This document shows positions 40,958 to 54,320 of a stretch of 64,000 bases of DNA, piece by piece. Made by a program: the position numbers and the translations under genes. Under the pieces are notes generated by a model, which ran no database searches, was not told the origin of the DNA, and was given only the letters and a program-made list of their open reading frames with translations. The stretch covers positions 16,158,651 through 16,222,650 of the forward strand of contig CM120647.1 in assembly GCA_051362555.1 (NCBI GenBank). Reading direction: 5' to 3'. The stretch's first letter is position 1. Each line of letters starts with the position of its first letter. This DNA is from Lingula anatina. Taxonomy: Eukaryota > Animalia > Brachiopoda.

Positions 40958-42119
40958 GTAGTGTAAGTTCACTTGACCAGTTATTGCTGTCGCCATGTAA
41001 TGCCAGATTGAAAAAGAATCTCTTCAAGTTTATGGACCTAATGAGTAGAACACTTTTTTAACGGACTTATAAACTATAGAGTCCGAGGACAATTTTGTTA
41101 TTTTTATTCATCACTGCATTCGTAAATTGCAATTCTTCTGCTGCCGCTCTTAAATCGATATGTCCAAAGAAATTAGGTTTTGTATTTCTTATGCTAAACG
41201 TGCTCTTCATTCAGGTTGGCTGATGCCACTCGTAATCGTACAGTGCTGGGATTGATTTTTTTTCAAGAAAGGGCAACATCCTGTGCGCAGTTTTCATCAC
41301 CAGCACCGTTATATAAAAATATGTTCATCATTGCCCTAATTTATCTCAGTTCATCTTTAAATAAAAAAATCAATCACAATCGCCCAAATGCACACCCATC
41401 ATATTGCTCGATGATCAGCAAACGTAGACATTCCACACGTATCTTTTGCACCGCCCTGTTACCTGACACAATGATTGTGATAGAGAAGATGGCGTAGCGA
41501 TTGATGAGACAGCAGATTGGAGCCGTATGTGTGGCAATTTTATAAGATAGCAGATAATGCATATAACGACCTTGCATATTCTGCACACTTGTCTGTGACT
41601 TACTGTATCTGAAAGCCCCGGTGTCATGTAAATTGTGACTCAGGTTCGGGGTCCCACTTGCGTCACTCTAACCCTAACTTGATGGGCGGAGAACTACAGT
41701 ATATACATGTACAGTATGTTACACGGACACTCGGTTCCTTATCACAGGTCGCAATAGCACGTCACTAGCTGATACCTGTCCATGTCCTCATCTATCACTG
41801 AACGATGATAAGATATACGTATACACGATTTAAAGAATTTTAAACTACGGGCACTATCTCCCACTGCCCTGAGGTATTGCTAACACCCGTCAGTTGTCAA
41901 CAGATCGTTGCTATTTGGGGAAAATATGTGAAAATGAGATTTTCGGCTGATATGCTTTTACTATATGGATATGCATTATGCTTTGTAACATTTCTCACAA
42001 ATTATATATAAAACTATAATAATATAGGGAGACTCATATTACACCACTCCCTGTAAGAGCAGGCATTTTATTCAAATTTTTATATTTTATGTATGCATTT
42101 TTTTTATCAAGCAACCGGT

Positions 42120-42330
42120 ACTAAAATTACTTCATCATTACGTTTTAGATCGTAGTTTAAGATCGTTTGTGCAGTTATTGCTGGTGCCATGTAATGCCAG
42201 ATTGAAAACGTACGGTGACCCAGCTCTTCAGGTTAATGGACCAAATGACTTGAACATTTTCCCAATGGACGCTAAAATGTAGAGTCTGAAGACAGTTTTA
42301 AAAAAGAATTCAAAATGTTTTATGACTGAT
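42120..42330 (+). mobile_element. Second L2-like LINE 3' fragment
   Basis: RSLRS..QLLLVP...RLKTYGD...GP; similar to 40961-41090. Confidence 0.65.
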
Positions 42331-45300
42331 TTGACTAGTGGACAGAGGGAAATGTTGGGTTAAAGGAAACACGATGCCATGGCCTCAGTGGGTCATTCCA
42401 TGTCGCTTTTTTAAAGGGAGAGAAAACACCTGCCATTTCATATTTCAAAAGGTCGGACGGGTGGGACAAAGAGAGCTCAGAACACATCTCTATCTCTCTG
42501 AATCTACCTGTTTTGATATTGAAGGCGATTTCAATTGCGGGGGGGGGGGGGGGGGGTATTTGAAAAACACTGTTACCTGTATGCATTGTTAAGCCAGTGA
42601 TGTTATATTAGTGCGCGAGAGGTGACGAGTCTTCTCTAACACACTGCATGACACCGAATATGACTCTCAAGACCGATAAGATATCACGAAGTAAACTAGT
42701 ACTAATATTGGATTGAGACGTTGACTGAGTTATTTGAGTCTACTTTGATCAAACCAAATAATTCTGAAATTATATATTATCTCTTTTATGAAAAGTGTTT
42801 TGTGAAGAGAGTCCATGGCATAGATACGCATAGAAATGTATGTGTAATGGGGTCGTCAGTGTGTCCAGTGGTGTGAGCACCCAGATTAAGATCGCTATAT
42901 AGAGCATTGGTGTTTAATTTTCCCTCTAAAACCCATTTTGGGGTTGTCTTTTCACTACTCAGGCAGATAAGATCGTCTAGATTCTATTTAAACCAGGGCG
43001 AATAAGTATGTTGGGATGACGCCATCTACCTTTGTACCCTTAACTGCACTAAGAAGTAGTGGGGTGGGGTGTGTTAGAACCAGACTTTGCTTTATTTAGT
43101 GTATAAAATTATCACGTCTTTTATGTTGCAATTCATTAAACCATGGCGTGTCAATTCCATTTGTTAATAATTGACCTTGGCTTTGTTAATTATTTATTTA
43201 TTATTATTTATTTAATTAATTATTTATTTATTTATTTATATTCCGATATTCCGATAATTACACACAACAATTACAGACACACCACATTATTTGCCTTTGT
43301 TATTCAGACGATGAGCAACTTATCCAGTTTTGAAGTGCTTTTCAATGTGTATTGCTTGATTCAACCATTTTTTATATAACGCTTAAGTATTAGTTAAAGT
43401 AGTAGCCAATTAAAGTACACAGGTACCTATATGGTAGTGGGATTTTTGGATATAAATCGTTTGTTTGCAAATACAACCTACACAAATTATTTTTAAAGGC
43501 AATACTTCAAGATAAATGAAGATTACTTTAGAAATGTAGTTATTTAAACATTAAGAATAAAGAGGTGTTGAAAATTGAATTATTTTTTGATAGCTGAAGA
43601 AGAAAATCAAATACTGCAATACACAAACATATTATTTTCTTTATATTTCTGCTTAAAATTAATCATGTGCTCAGTTTTAAGTTATCTGAGATTTATTATT
43701 ATATTTAAGGTGGGGAAGAACATTTTCTCTAGTTTGTGAAACATATGTCTGTAAAATAATGTTTTTCTCGCTTCTCTTACATTTAGACATTCACTAAAAT
43801 AGCTCATATAAGAGCAAAGGAATATATGTGAATGTACCTTGCGGTCTTTGGTAATGGATACATATTCAAAAACGAAAAAAACGCGACTTTTTCCAAGATA
43901 CGCTGTTTCTGGGCCTTTGGGATCAGTAAATAAAATCTAGCAACGTCTTCCTCTGAAACACATGGTCACTTTTTCTACGTATGTTTTTGTGGATTGCATT
44001 TTCTGGGAAATTTCAATAATCATTCTTAAACAACTATTAAACACAACGACACATTACATCCAAAAACATTCGTTAAAATCAAAAAAAAAAATATGCAAGG
44101 ACAAAATAAAATGTGTATTGCGTGCCATTAAATATCTCCAGTCACTGATATGTAGTGAACTTTATACTTAAACCCAATAACAAATGTATCAAATGACGTA
44201 AGTTATCGCAAGTCTCCCTGACCTGACCTACCTAACATTTTACCTTAATGAACTTCAATAGATAGACTTCAAATAATTGCCCAACAATGATTTTGTAAAA
44301 CAGAATCAATACAATTACATTGTAAATGACTTACACTTTCACTTATTGCAGATAATAATTTAAACAGAATCAAACGAGTAAAATGATAGGGAGTTATTGA
44401 GTATAAGTTAAATTTCTTGAAGAGTCAACAAGTGTAGAAATTGTTTTCATGGTAGGAAAAGAAAGAATCGTGGTTTGCAGAAATAGATTATTAATACTTG
44501 TGATATTGTATGAAAAAGGAAGTCGGTGAGAAAACGCTCGAAAGTTCCAGATCGTCGTCATTGTCACTATAACAACATCAACTTGCACTACAAAAGATAA
44601 ATTTCCAATTAGACAGAAACAATAAAATTATGTTACCGATTGATGCAATACATAAGATAAACGTCTTTATTAACTTTCAAGGATTGCATAAAACAGAAAC
44701 AATAGAATTAGTTCATCACTATCACCAGTACAATAGACATGCCCCGACTGTGTACTTATTAATAAGTCCTTGCCAAAAAAGATACCAATGCAACAAAGGG
44801 ATGTAGCAGGTAAATCATTAGTCGCTAAAGGGGCCCGCACACAGCATTTGGCGCGGCGCCGTTTTCTCATCGTTTGCGGGGGTATTTTGGTGAGATTTTT
44901 GCCTCTCACGCGGCTGAGCAAAATATCTCATGTGTTTGATATTTCTGGTCTCTTGAGGCAAATGGCTCAGCGTGTGCAGGGTGCAAGCGCCGATTGCTCA
45001 AGTCATGCCAACAATGCGCACGTACCGGTAGCCGAAAACAAACAAAAATGGCAGCCCCCAAGCGAAGTCAACAAAAATGTACACAGTTATAGTTAGTTTA
45101 TTGATTAACGTGGTCACCATTTTCCATTACTATCAGAAAAAAACAACAATATGTAATGTTTCCTTAGAGACATGATCCCACAGTTCACAGTGCGTCCGCT
45201 AGGGGCAGGCCGGGAGGCACCTCTGCTGAGCAAAGAGCGAAGCGTTTGCGGGGAGCTGAGGAGCGCGAGCATCTGGTTCAGCACAAGTGGCGCGCGCCAA

Positions 45301-45663
45301 TTGCTTACCGTGTGTGGGGTGCTTAAGATAACTCATAAATGGCAAACACAAAATATCAACTTCTAGTCATGAGACAAAATTCGATAAAACAGGGACAATA
45401 AAATTAGATTATCACTATTATCAGTGCCGTGGTATAACGGACACGCCACGTTTGCGTAATAATTAATTAGTCTTTGCAAAGAAAGAAATAACTGCAACAA
45501 TGGGAGACGTAGCCGAAAATTCATATGACAAATATTCCCAATTCACTGCACTATACCAGGGTTACATAGATATTTTTTCACTATATATTCACTGATACTT
45601 CTCTGGTCTATCGTGTGCACTTTTTGTGCTGTACAGTGAAAGAAGGTCTGCTTAGGTAACCTA

Positions 45664-47050
45664 CACACACTGGACAAAAGAAGTGTCACCCCTACTGAGC
45701 CAATACTATGGGGGAGATAAATGACTGTGGAATGATATGCTCCTGGTATCATTTTATTAACATCAAATTTCACAAAAAATCACAAAATGAGAACAAAGTA
45801 TACATTCTACCAAAATATGCAATTTCAAGTCCAAAATTAGTACTTAGTGGCATAGCCACGTGACCTAATAATAGGTACCAGTCTACGAAGCAAGGATTCA
45901 TATAATTGTCTGATGCGTTCGGGGCTTATGCTGGCCCAAGCATGAAACACTGAATATAACAGAGTTTCTCTGCTTGTTAGACGGGCATTTATCCAAAGTT
46001 TTGACATATCATTCCACACATTTTCTATTATGTTTTCAACCGGAGTGAGGGCAAGCCACATCACCCTGCGAATGTCCTGTTGGTCAAACCAATCATCAAC
46101 TGCTCTGGTCCTGTGACAAGGAACATTGTCATCCTGGTGAACAAATGGATTATTCCTGTCACCAAACATGTTAGTAATAGTTGGTAGCAAGCTTGACTCC
46201 AAAACATCGATATATTTCTAGTTATTCATGTTTTCATCAACCACTATCAATTCGCCCACGCCATGGATGCTGATGCAGCCCCACTCCATGATGAATATGC
46301 TCCTCTGGGTTCGAAAATTAAGTACATGTGGTTTCGATGCTTTACCAGCAGTTCGCTAGCATCGTACCCGTCTGCCATCAGAGGTAAGACCAAAGCGACA
46401 ATCATCAGAAAACAATATGTAGGACCAATTGTCATGGACTGTCCAGTTCCAGATCTTGTTGTCCCTAGTTCACTCTACGTTGCCTGTTTTGTAACGCTAA
46501 AAGAGGTTTCAGTCTTGCTACCCTGCCGTACACTCTATGAGCATGTAACCGACGCCTACCAATTATCACAGACACATTTTTATGTGTGAAATTGTTCCAC
46601 TGTGTTGTCAACTGACAAGCAGTGTCGAATTTTGACAACCTGGACATCAAAATCAGTCGTCGGTCTTTACGGCCAGTAGTTTTTCTTGGACGACCCATCA
46701 GAGACAATTTGTCTCTTGATCCAGTGTTTCTATACTGAGACCAGACCCTCTGCACGGTTCTGACTAAACAATTCAATTGTATCGATATACTGACATTGCT
46801 TATATTCCGCCTCTTCAGGTTAATAACTTGCACCTATAGCCGTTAGATAATTACCTGTATCTTGCCATATTGGAGGAAGACAGGAATAATATTTGCTGTA
46901 CACGTACAAGTCCAACAATACAATTCCATGGTATAGCAGTTTTATACTCATTAGTCACATAATAAGTAGACCAGGCATTATAAGTACCCAAGATCTGCCT
47001 ACTTTCATTACTCTGAGTTAGGGGGTGACACTTCTTTTGTCCAGTGTGTG
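45664..47050 (-). mobile_element. Tc1/mariner transposon, near full length, transposase frameshifted
   Basis: TIR cacacactggacaaaagaagtgtcacccc at both ends, TA TSD; fragments GRPRKTT, FSD, QDDNVPCH, NIIENVW, RGYATKY in three frames (46868-45837). Confidence 0.93.
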
Positions 47051-47565
47051 TATGGCAGTGACATTCCACTTAACGTCGAAATATCTCATCAATTGTAAAC
47101 ATACCCAGTAGTATCTCTTCTAGCCAGTGAGGTTCATATGATAAATAATAAACTTAAGTCAAAGATATTTTTGGAGACTGATCAACACATAAGCAGTTAA
47201 AAACTTCCAATGCATTGCAGTAATAACTCAAATTAAAGCTATTTCGAGTTTAATTTCAACATTATCTTCTTAATACCCATCATTCTTGTTGCCTGCAAAA
47301 ACCACTTTCATTCATGTTTGAAGCTGCTTATCATTTTCATATTTCACTAAAAATATATTAATCGGGGAAAACATCTAAACTTGTTTGAATTTTGTAATGA
47401 TTTTCAAAAATTGTCTAAAAGTTTTTCAATCAATCACAGTATTCGTCTTATGGTCTATTTACTAAGCACAGCCTTTGACTGTCCAAATCCATCACAATCT
47501 GACCTCAAATGTTTACTAACCAGATACAGAAATGAGCTACTATCTATAGCCTTCTACTGAGCAAC

Positions 47566-47623
47566 ATGGCCTCCCTTGGTCTCGTGGTTGTTTCTGTCCT
47601 GCTCATGACAGCAGTTGTAGGTG
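47566..47623 (+). other. Orphan signal-peptide-like exon (MASLGLVVVSVLLMTAVVG)
   Basis: caacATGG context, hydrophobic 19-mer, consensus G|GTAAGT phase-1 donor; no downstream exon identified. Confidence 0.4.
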
Positions 47624-50100
47624 GTAAGTATAACTTCCCAAACAGATGACTTTTAAAAGTAGTCTATAAAGCAGGCTCATAGCCAGCCATTTCAAAGGTG
47701 AAGTAGGGGGATCTTTTCCCGAAATAATAGACCTTTTACCATGAAATCAAATTTTACCTATAGTTGACCTATTTCCTACCAAAGGCCATGAAAAGGAGCG
47801 ATTCGTTCTATTCCTCCCCAACCTCCCTGGCTACAGTCCTTATTTGTATGATGGTGTTGTAAAGTTAATTACGTACGCTTATACTAATTACAATTAGTAA
47901 TAAAAGGGAAATCAAATAGATAAAACTTTAGAGTGATATTGAGTGTAAATTAAGTTTTATCAAGAGTCAACAAGTGTAGAACATGTTTTAGTGTCAGAAA
48001 AAGATGGAAAAGGTCAAAGTCAATAGCATTAAATGTGATTGGTTAATTTCATAACAGATTTTAATTTTGATCAACTGTTTATCACATGACTTTGGACATG
48101 ATTCAAGTATGAGTAATGCAAATAGTATTTTTTGATAAGTTAAGTTGAAAACAAGGCTCTCAGACATTGCCTTATAAGGGAATGTTCTATGGTAAAGTCA
48201 TCATGACAATGGAAAATAAAATGGAGAATTAAGGTATAAATATGGGTAAAATTGTAGGAAAAGAGAGTGATCAATAAATGATTGAAGACTCCAGAACCTC
48301 GTCGTCGTTATAATAATGGTTTTATTATATTATATTATATTATATTATATTATATTATATTATATTATATTACAAGTTAAAAATACAAGAATAATTAATG
48401 GATTATTCTAATAGATTATTTGCTATTTTATGGGACACATCCAAATTGTCAAATTAACAAAAAGACATTTTTATCTATAAATTCAGAACATCTGCGCTAC
48501 CAGTCAACAAATACAGGAAATATCTACAAGTGAATTTCTTACTCGTTCATGCAGCTTCATAAAATACAGTGTTACAAAAAATATCAAATTAATAGAAAGA
48601 TATTTGTTTTCTACAACTTCAAAGCCTCTACCAGTTAAAAAATCCAGACAAATAATTTCCGTATACATTACCTTCGAGTTGCTCTCGAGAACTTTAATGG
48701 ATATTTCTAGAATTATATATGGGCCAGTCTTGTGATGGATACAGGCTTCGCCTTGGTAAACGTGAAGAGAGGATATCGGTGAGTTTCTTAAATCAAGCGG
48801 GGACCTTTTTATTTGAGAAATTAGGACCAAAAGTTGGTAAAGAGTTGTGTAAAATAATGTAGATGAACATTGATTTAGCCTCTCATAATGCTTTGAAATA
48901 AATATATTCAAACATTTTGGGCCATAATATTTACTCAGCACAATTTTGAAGTCTCTGTAAGAATTTTCAATACATTTCTAATAACAAAAAAGGAAAAGTC
49001 TCAAAATCTGCCTAAAATGTAAAATATATGTTTAAAAACTAAGCATATTTTTTTTAACAAAATAATGAAGACCTTTACCAGAGATGGGCATTTCGGAATT
49101 TAAGTGCAACAGGGGTTGGGCTGTCCATGATGGTTGGTTGTTTCTAAATTCGTATAACTTTTATGTGAAGTGGGATTAGATCATTAGTTTTAATTGTGGA
49201 GTTAAAATTTTTGTGATTGGTAGACCTGTAGTCAGGGGTGTACATGGGCACTTCAGAATTTTAGGTGCATGGGGATTTGGCTTTTCTGGGTTATGTGACG
49301 GTGACAACATTTTTTAGGTTCCTACAGGCTATAATTTTCATTTATTTTATACGTATGGAATCTGAAATATTTTCAATAGATTTACGTATACATTGCGTGA
49401 ACAGAAAAGCAGTAGATTTCACTGTTTTTATAAGACTATAAGAACATCAATTTCTTATTGAGTGAAATAATAAGTGTATTTTAATATTATTGAAATAACC
49501 TTCTTTATTATTTTTGTCTTATTTTCTGCGGTGTCATGCAATGTATACGTAAAAACCTTAGACGCTAGAAGTCCACAACAACATTCTTTTTCAAAAGGTA
49601 GGCGGGATGGAGAACGAAGAGGGCTTGATACATTGTACCTCTCTGTCTACTTGTCTTGACATCGAAGGCGCGTGGGAGGCTGGTTTCGATTGCAGGAGGA
49701 GGGGTCTAACTTAACTGCAGTATGTGAAAGAAACAGTTATGCATTGTTAAGACCGAAATGTTATATATTCTCTAACACATGCATGACACCGAATATGATG
49801 CTCGAGGCCGTTTTAGAAAATTGTGTTTTGTGACAAAAATTCCTGGCATCGATGTATGTACAGTCACAAACTGAAATACGAGTGTAAGTCATCTTTTTTT
49901 TAGCAAATGTCCTCTGTCCAGTAACAGTGGTATCAGTGCGTCCAGTGGTATGAGTACACAGATAAAGATCACGGTCTACGGCATAGGTGTGAAAGTTCTC
50001 TCTAAGAATCATACCGGGTAGTCATTTCACTAATCAAACTGGTGGGATCGTCTAGATTCAATCTAAATCAAGGCGAAAAATATGCCAGGCATGTTGCCAT

Positions 50101-50985
50101 GGTATCAGGACAATCCCCCCCCCCCCCCCGGACAATTCCCCCCCCCCCCCCCCAGGACAATTCCCCACCAGGACAATCCCCCCCCCCCCGGACGATCCCC
50201 CCCTCCCCCGAATAATATATATTTATATAGAAATATAAAGTAAAGAGTACAAAGTTAAATTATTTTCATCCATTTTCTGAATATTTCTTAGTGTGATGAT
50301 GCAACTGGAAGAAAATAATATTAATTTCATTAAACAAATTACTTTCATGGAGTACAAGTACATAAAATTTTCAAGATAGAAGTACGGAACATTTTATTAA
50401 AAATCTGTTCAAAGTTTATCTCCAGGTAAAGGAGGGTAAACTGATGTTCTCATTCATCCAGGTAACCCTTTGATGAATTAACTGTTACTTTTAATTGCTT
50501 TATTACCCCCCCCCCCCCCTTGATTGAGTAAGTCTTGCATCAAGGTGCTTATCCAGGTATCCCTTTGACTATTTGTCACTTTTAGTAACTTGACCACTAC
50601 CCACCACCCACTCATAAAATATCTGTTTACCTGTTCATCTGTTTACCCCACCTTTACCTGAAGGATAGGTGGTTATACTTTGATTAGATATTTAATAAAT
50701 CTTGCTGTACTTGTACTCAATGAAAAAGGAATTTGTTATGAAATAATTTGTTTCATGATGAAGTTGTATTTTCACACTTAAAATATCAATATAAAGGAAA
50801 AAATGTTTTTAGCTTTACACTTTCTACTTTATATTTGTACATGAATATATATTTCTTGGGGGGGAGGAATCGTCCGGTGGGGAATTGTCCTGGGGGGGGG
50901 GGATTGTCCTGGGGGGGGGGGGGAATTGTCCGAGGGGAATAGTCCGGGGGGAATTGTCCGGGGGGGGGGGAATTGTCCTAGAATC
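50101..50985. mobile_element. MITE-like TIR element with 8-bp TSD (GTTGCCAT)
   Basis: Terminal arrays of ggacaattccccc / gggggaattgtcc; TSD at 50093-50100 and 50986-50993; a paralogous empty site (gacgccatctacctttgtaccct) at about 43018. Confidence 0.88.
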
Positions 50986-51438
50986 GTTGCCATCTACCTT
51001 TGTACCCTAAACCGCACTTAAAAGTAGTTGGTGGGTGGGTGAGAACCAGACTTTGCTTTATATACTTTATGAAAGTATCACGTGTTTTATCTTGTGATTC
51101 ATAAATAAATTCGACGTTTGAAGTTCGCAAATAAACAAATAACAAGTAATATTTGTTATATACATGTATAAGACACTTTAATTCGAAAAGAATACTCTGG
51201 CCTCAATATATGCTCTCATTTCTTTAATTCCCTATGTACACAACCTAAAATGCTCGTGAATATACTGTATAACGAAAACACAATGACAACACAAAATCAT
51301 TAGTTACAGGTTCATGTAGGCCATTTCAGCTTTATAGCCAGAATGCAATCCTCTAGAAAACAAAGCCATGCAAATTCAGCTCAATGACATTGATTGGAAA
51401 ATTGGGCTATCGGTACATGAAATGACTGAATTTAGTCT

Positions 51439-51814
51439 TCATGAACCATTTTCTTCTTCAACGGGAAGATGTGTGTCACAATGACCGGCTTCGTCGCCCC
51501 CCCCCCCCCCCCCCCCCCCCCTTGTGTTCTGCCGTACAATGTTTCTCGGTGTGGAGTAGAAGACAAAGTCACCTTGAGGACTTGGAGGGAGGCGGATTCC
51601 AGGCGATCTAAAATTTCGTGCAGCAAGTCGTTGGCTGACTTGTATGATACAAGATATACAACGCCTAATGCGGCAAGCCATCCAACTAAAGGCGCTGTGG
51701 ATGTAGTAGCTACGAAACTCACCAATGTCCCCAAATTAAATTTTCCTAATGGCAACCCGATTTTTTCGGTTGTTGTATTCTTTGTTGCCTTCTTTTTGTT
51801 ATAAATAAGACTAT
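51439..51814 (-). pseudogene. Detached C-terminal segment of IRG-like copy 2
   Basis: KIGLPLGKF...PLVGWLAAL...SYKSANDLLHEILDRLESASLQVLK aligns with the C-termini of copies 1 and 3. Confidence 0.85.
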
Positions 51815-53369
51815 GAAAGTTTGTGGTACACTTGGATGGAGGAGACATAAAAGTAATTGCTTCTGCACAGTGTTAGCTTGGGTCTATATCCTGCTGTATG
51901 ATGCGTTCTGTCTTAATTTTGGGGCATGTGGGAAATTCAGGTGGTTCCGTATTTCGTTTTCTACAATGGCTAAATCGTTGCCGGATAGCATTTTCCCTTT
52001 TTCTTATGGAATTAACCTGTAATTGTAGTTCTTTAATTGTTCATTGTGACTGCCGTCAGTTTCTTATCTATCATTTCCACGTTGTGGCCACCTCGCACAC
52101 ACAACTAGTCTCTCAGGTGGTGATTGCTGTGGACTTGCCTCGGTAACTTCTATAGCAGCTAGGAGCTCTTCTTTCCTTTGGTGAAGTCTACGTTTTTGCG
52201 ATTTAGTCTTCGCATGCCTCTTTTGTCTTTCAGGACATTTATAAGGAGGCGGAAGGTAGGCCTTCATAGTATTTTCAACCCGTTTTCTTTCGCTTCCAAA
52301 TAAGCGTCACCCTCATTTTTTTTACGAGATAGATATATTTTTTTAATCTCAGCTCCTGTTTTCGCATTTTTTCTAAAATAATGATGTTCCATTCGGTATC
52401 AATGTATTTGGCACTGCGCTCACTGCGCTCGTTGGCGATTATTTTTTCCTTCCATAGTCTTGTTTGACATTTATTTCCGTCTTTGACATTCATTTCTGTA
52501 TTTGAATTAAATTTTTTATTACGACAAAATCATTCACTTCGCTTACATCGTTACTGAGGATTTTATGGATTTTGATCACTTGTTACTAACCTCATCTAAT
52601 CTTTAGCTCGAGCAGACGTCAGAAAGGACCACCTGACATCTCAAACAGAAGCTAATTTTTCTTTCGGAGCCAGTTTCGGGCACAAGTAGATTTTCACTGG
52701 TAACGCATGTTCCGGTAACGTATGTTCCAGGCCACCTAATTTTATTTTCATAACGTGTTCTTATATATTTTAAAGTGATTCGATCATGTTAAATTAAATA
52801 TGACGTAAGGACGTTTTTTATTAACATTTAAACCGTAACTAATGGGGCCTACGTCATAGCTAATACTAGGTAACGTATGTTCCCTAGGAAAATTGACAAA
52901 ATGTTTCATTTTGTACAAGCACTTGGTGCAAGAGAAAACAATGTTTTCTTTTGCTGACAGAAAAATATATAGTGATTCCATGATAGTTTCACATTTCAGA
53001 TATAATATTTGGAGCACGAGGGGAAAAATAATTTATTAAATGCTTATTTTACTAACGGTAGGGTGTATTTTCCCAGTTTTTTTTAATACTCAGTGACAGG
53101 CAAACTTAAGTCGCTAAAAAACAAATAATTGCTCTATACAAAAGCTTTTCGTAATTTTTTACAACGTTATACTTGTAGGAGATAAATTAAAGAACAAAAC
53201 CCGTGATGAATGAATTTTCAAAGTGATTAAAACGTTTCCACAGCTGGACGTTATGCATTTGTGACAGTAACGTATGTTCCTTTTTGGGGTTAGATGATGA
53301 ATTATTTTTTACTATTCGTGGTTCCAGGAAAGTGAAACTTTAATACAAACTTCTTTATGTGGGACCCTT
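51815..53369. mobile_element. About 1.55-kb insertion interrupting IRG-like copy 2 (unclassified transposon relic; ends approximate)
   Basis: No IRG homology; four copies of gtaacg(c/t)atgttcc (52700, 52715, 52870, 53267) and broken basic ORFs on the minus strand. Confidence 0.6.
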
Positions 53370-53375
53370 AAATAA

Positions 53376-54320
53376 TCAAACATAGTTTGTAATCTGTGCA
53401 CTACATATTTTTAGGAACATGCCTGTGACATCGTTTGCACCTCTATATTGGGTTTGGGTGTCAAGTCCAGGTGGAGCAAACCCCTGCGCTGCCAAAAAGA
53501 TAGCCTTTTTCCAAACGCGACTTCGAAGTATCTCACACTTTGCTTTGATCAGATTTTCGGAGATATTGTTAAGAGACAAAGTAAACACTTTGCGTTTTCC
53601 AGTGGGCAGTACATTAGGCATCATGTCTTCGAGTTTACGATTATCCGACTCCTCTACGTCAACATGGCAGAGGAGTGTAGATATAAGATAAACACCGTCC
53701 TCGGGACAGACATCCTTTGTTTCAAGCAGGTTTTTAGTTTCGTCACGGATTTTCGTCAGTAAGTGTTCGGCATCATGTGTCCGTGGACGCTTTAGTTTGT
53801 CACTTGCTATATCGGCATCAATTCGTGTCCTGACAATAAAATATTTCTTACGCCAAAGGTGAGCTCTTGCAGCAAGCCATTCGTCGTGTTCCAAAATACG
53901 GTTGCCGATAAAGATAAGGAAAAAATCATATGAACCAAAATTGACCTTTTCTTCATGATTGTCTTTGTTGAATTCTGTTGTCCCAATTCCAGGTAAGTCC
54001 CACAGGGTAATGTTTTTATTTCGTGGATGTTGGTACTCCTGGGGGACCATAGTTGCCTCAGACTCAACTGGTGAGACAGCCGCTGCACCATCATCCTCAA
54101 CAGTAAGACCTCGGAATGTGTTGATGAATGTTGATTTCCCAGTACCGGCTGTTCCAGACACACCAATTTTAACGGAAACGTTTTCGACTTCGTTTATCTT
54201 GCTTGACAAAAAGTCTGCAATATTTTCGAGACCATTTTGTCGAAAAGAATCTTCAATCTCCTTTTGTTCAATTGTTTCAATAAACTGGTATTCGGATTCC
54301 TCCCGCAAATTTTCAGCCAT
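53376..54320 (-). pseudogene. IRG/IIGP-like GTPase copy 2: intact G domain, truncated at 314 aa
   Basis: GTAGTGKST, LWDLPGIG, RTRID; premature TGA at 53378-53376 just before the insertion; acceptor ctgcag 14 nt upstream of the ATG. Confidence 0.8.

Noticed and set aside
48504-48941. 145-aa minus-strand ORF
   Set aside because: AT-rich, no recognisable motif, non-ATG start.
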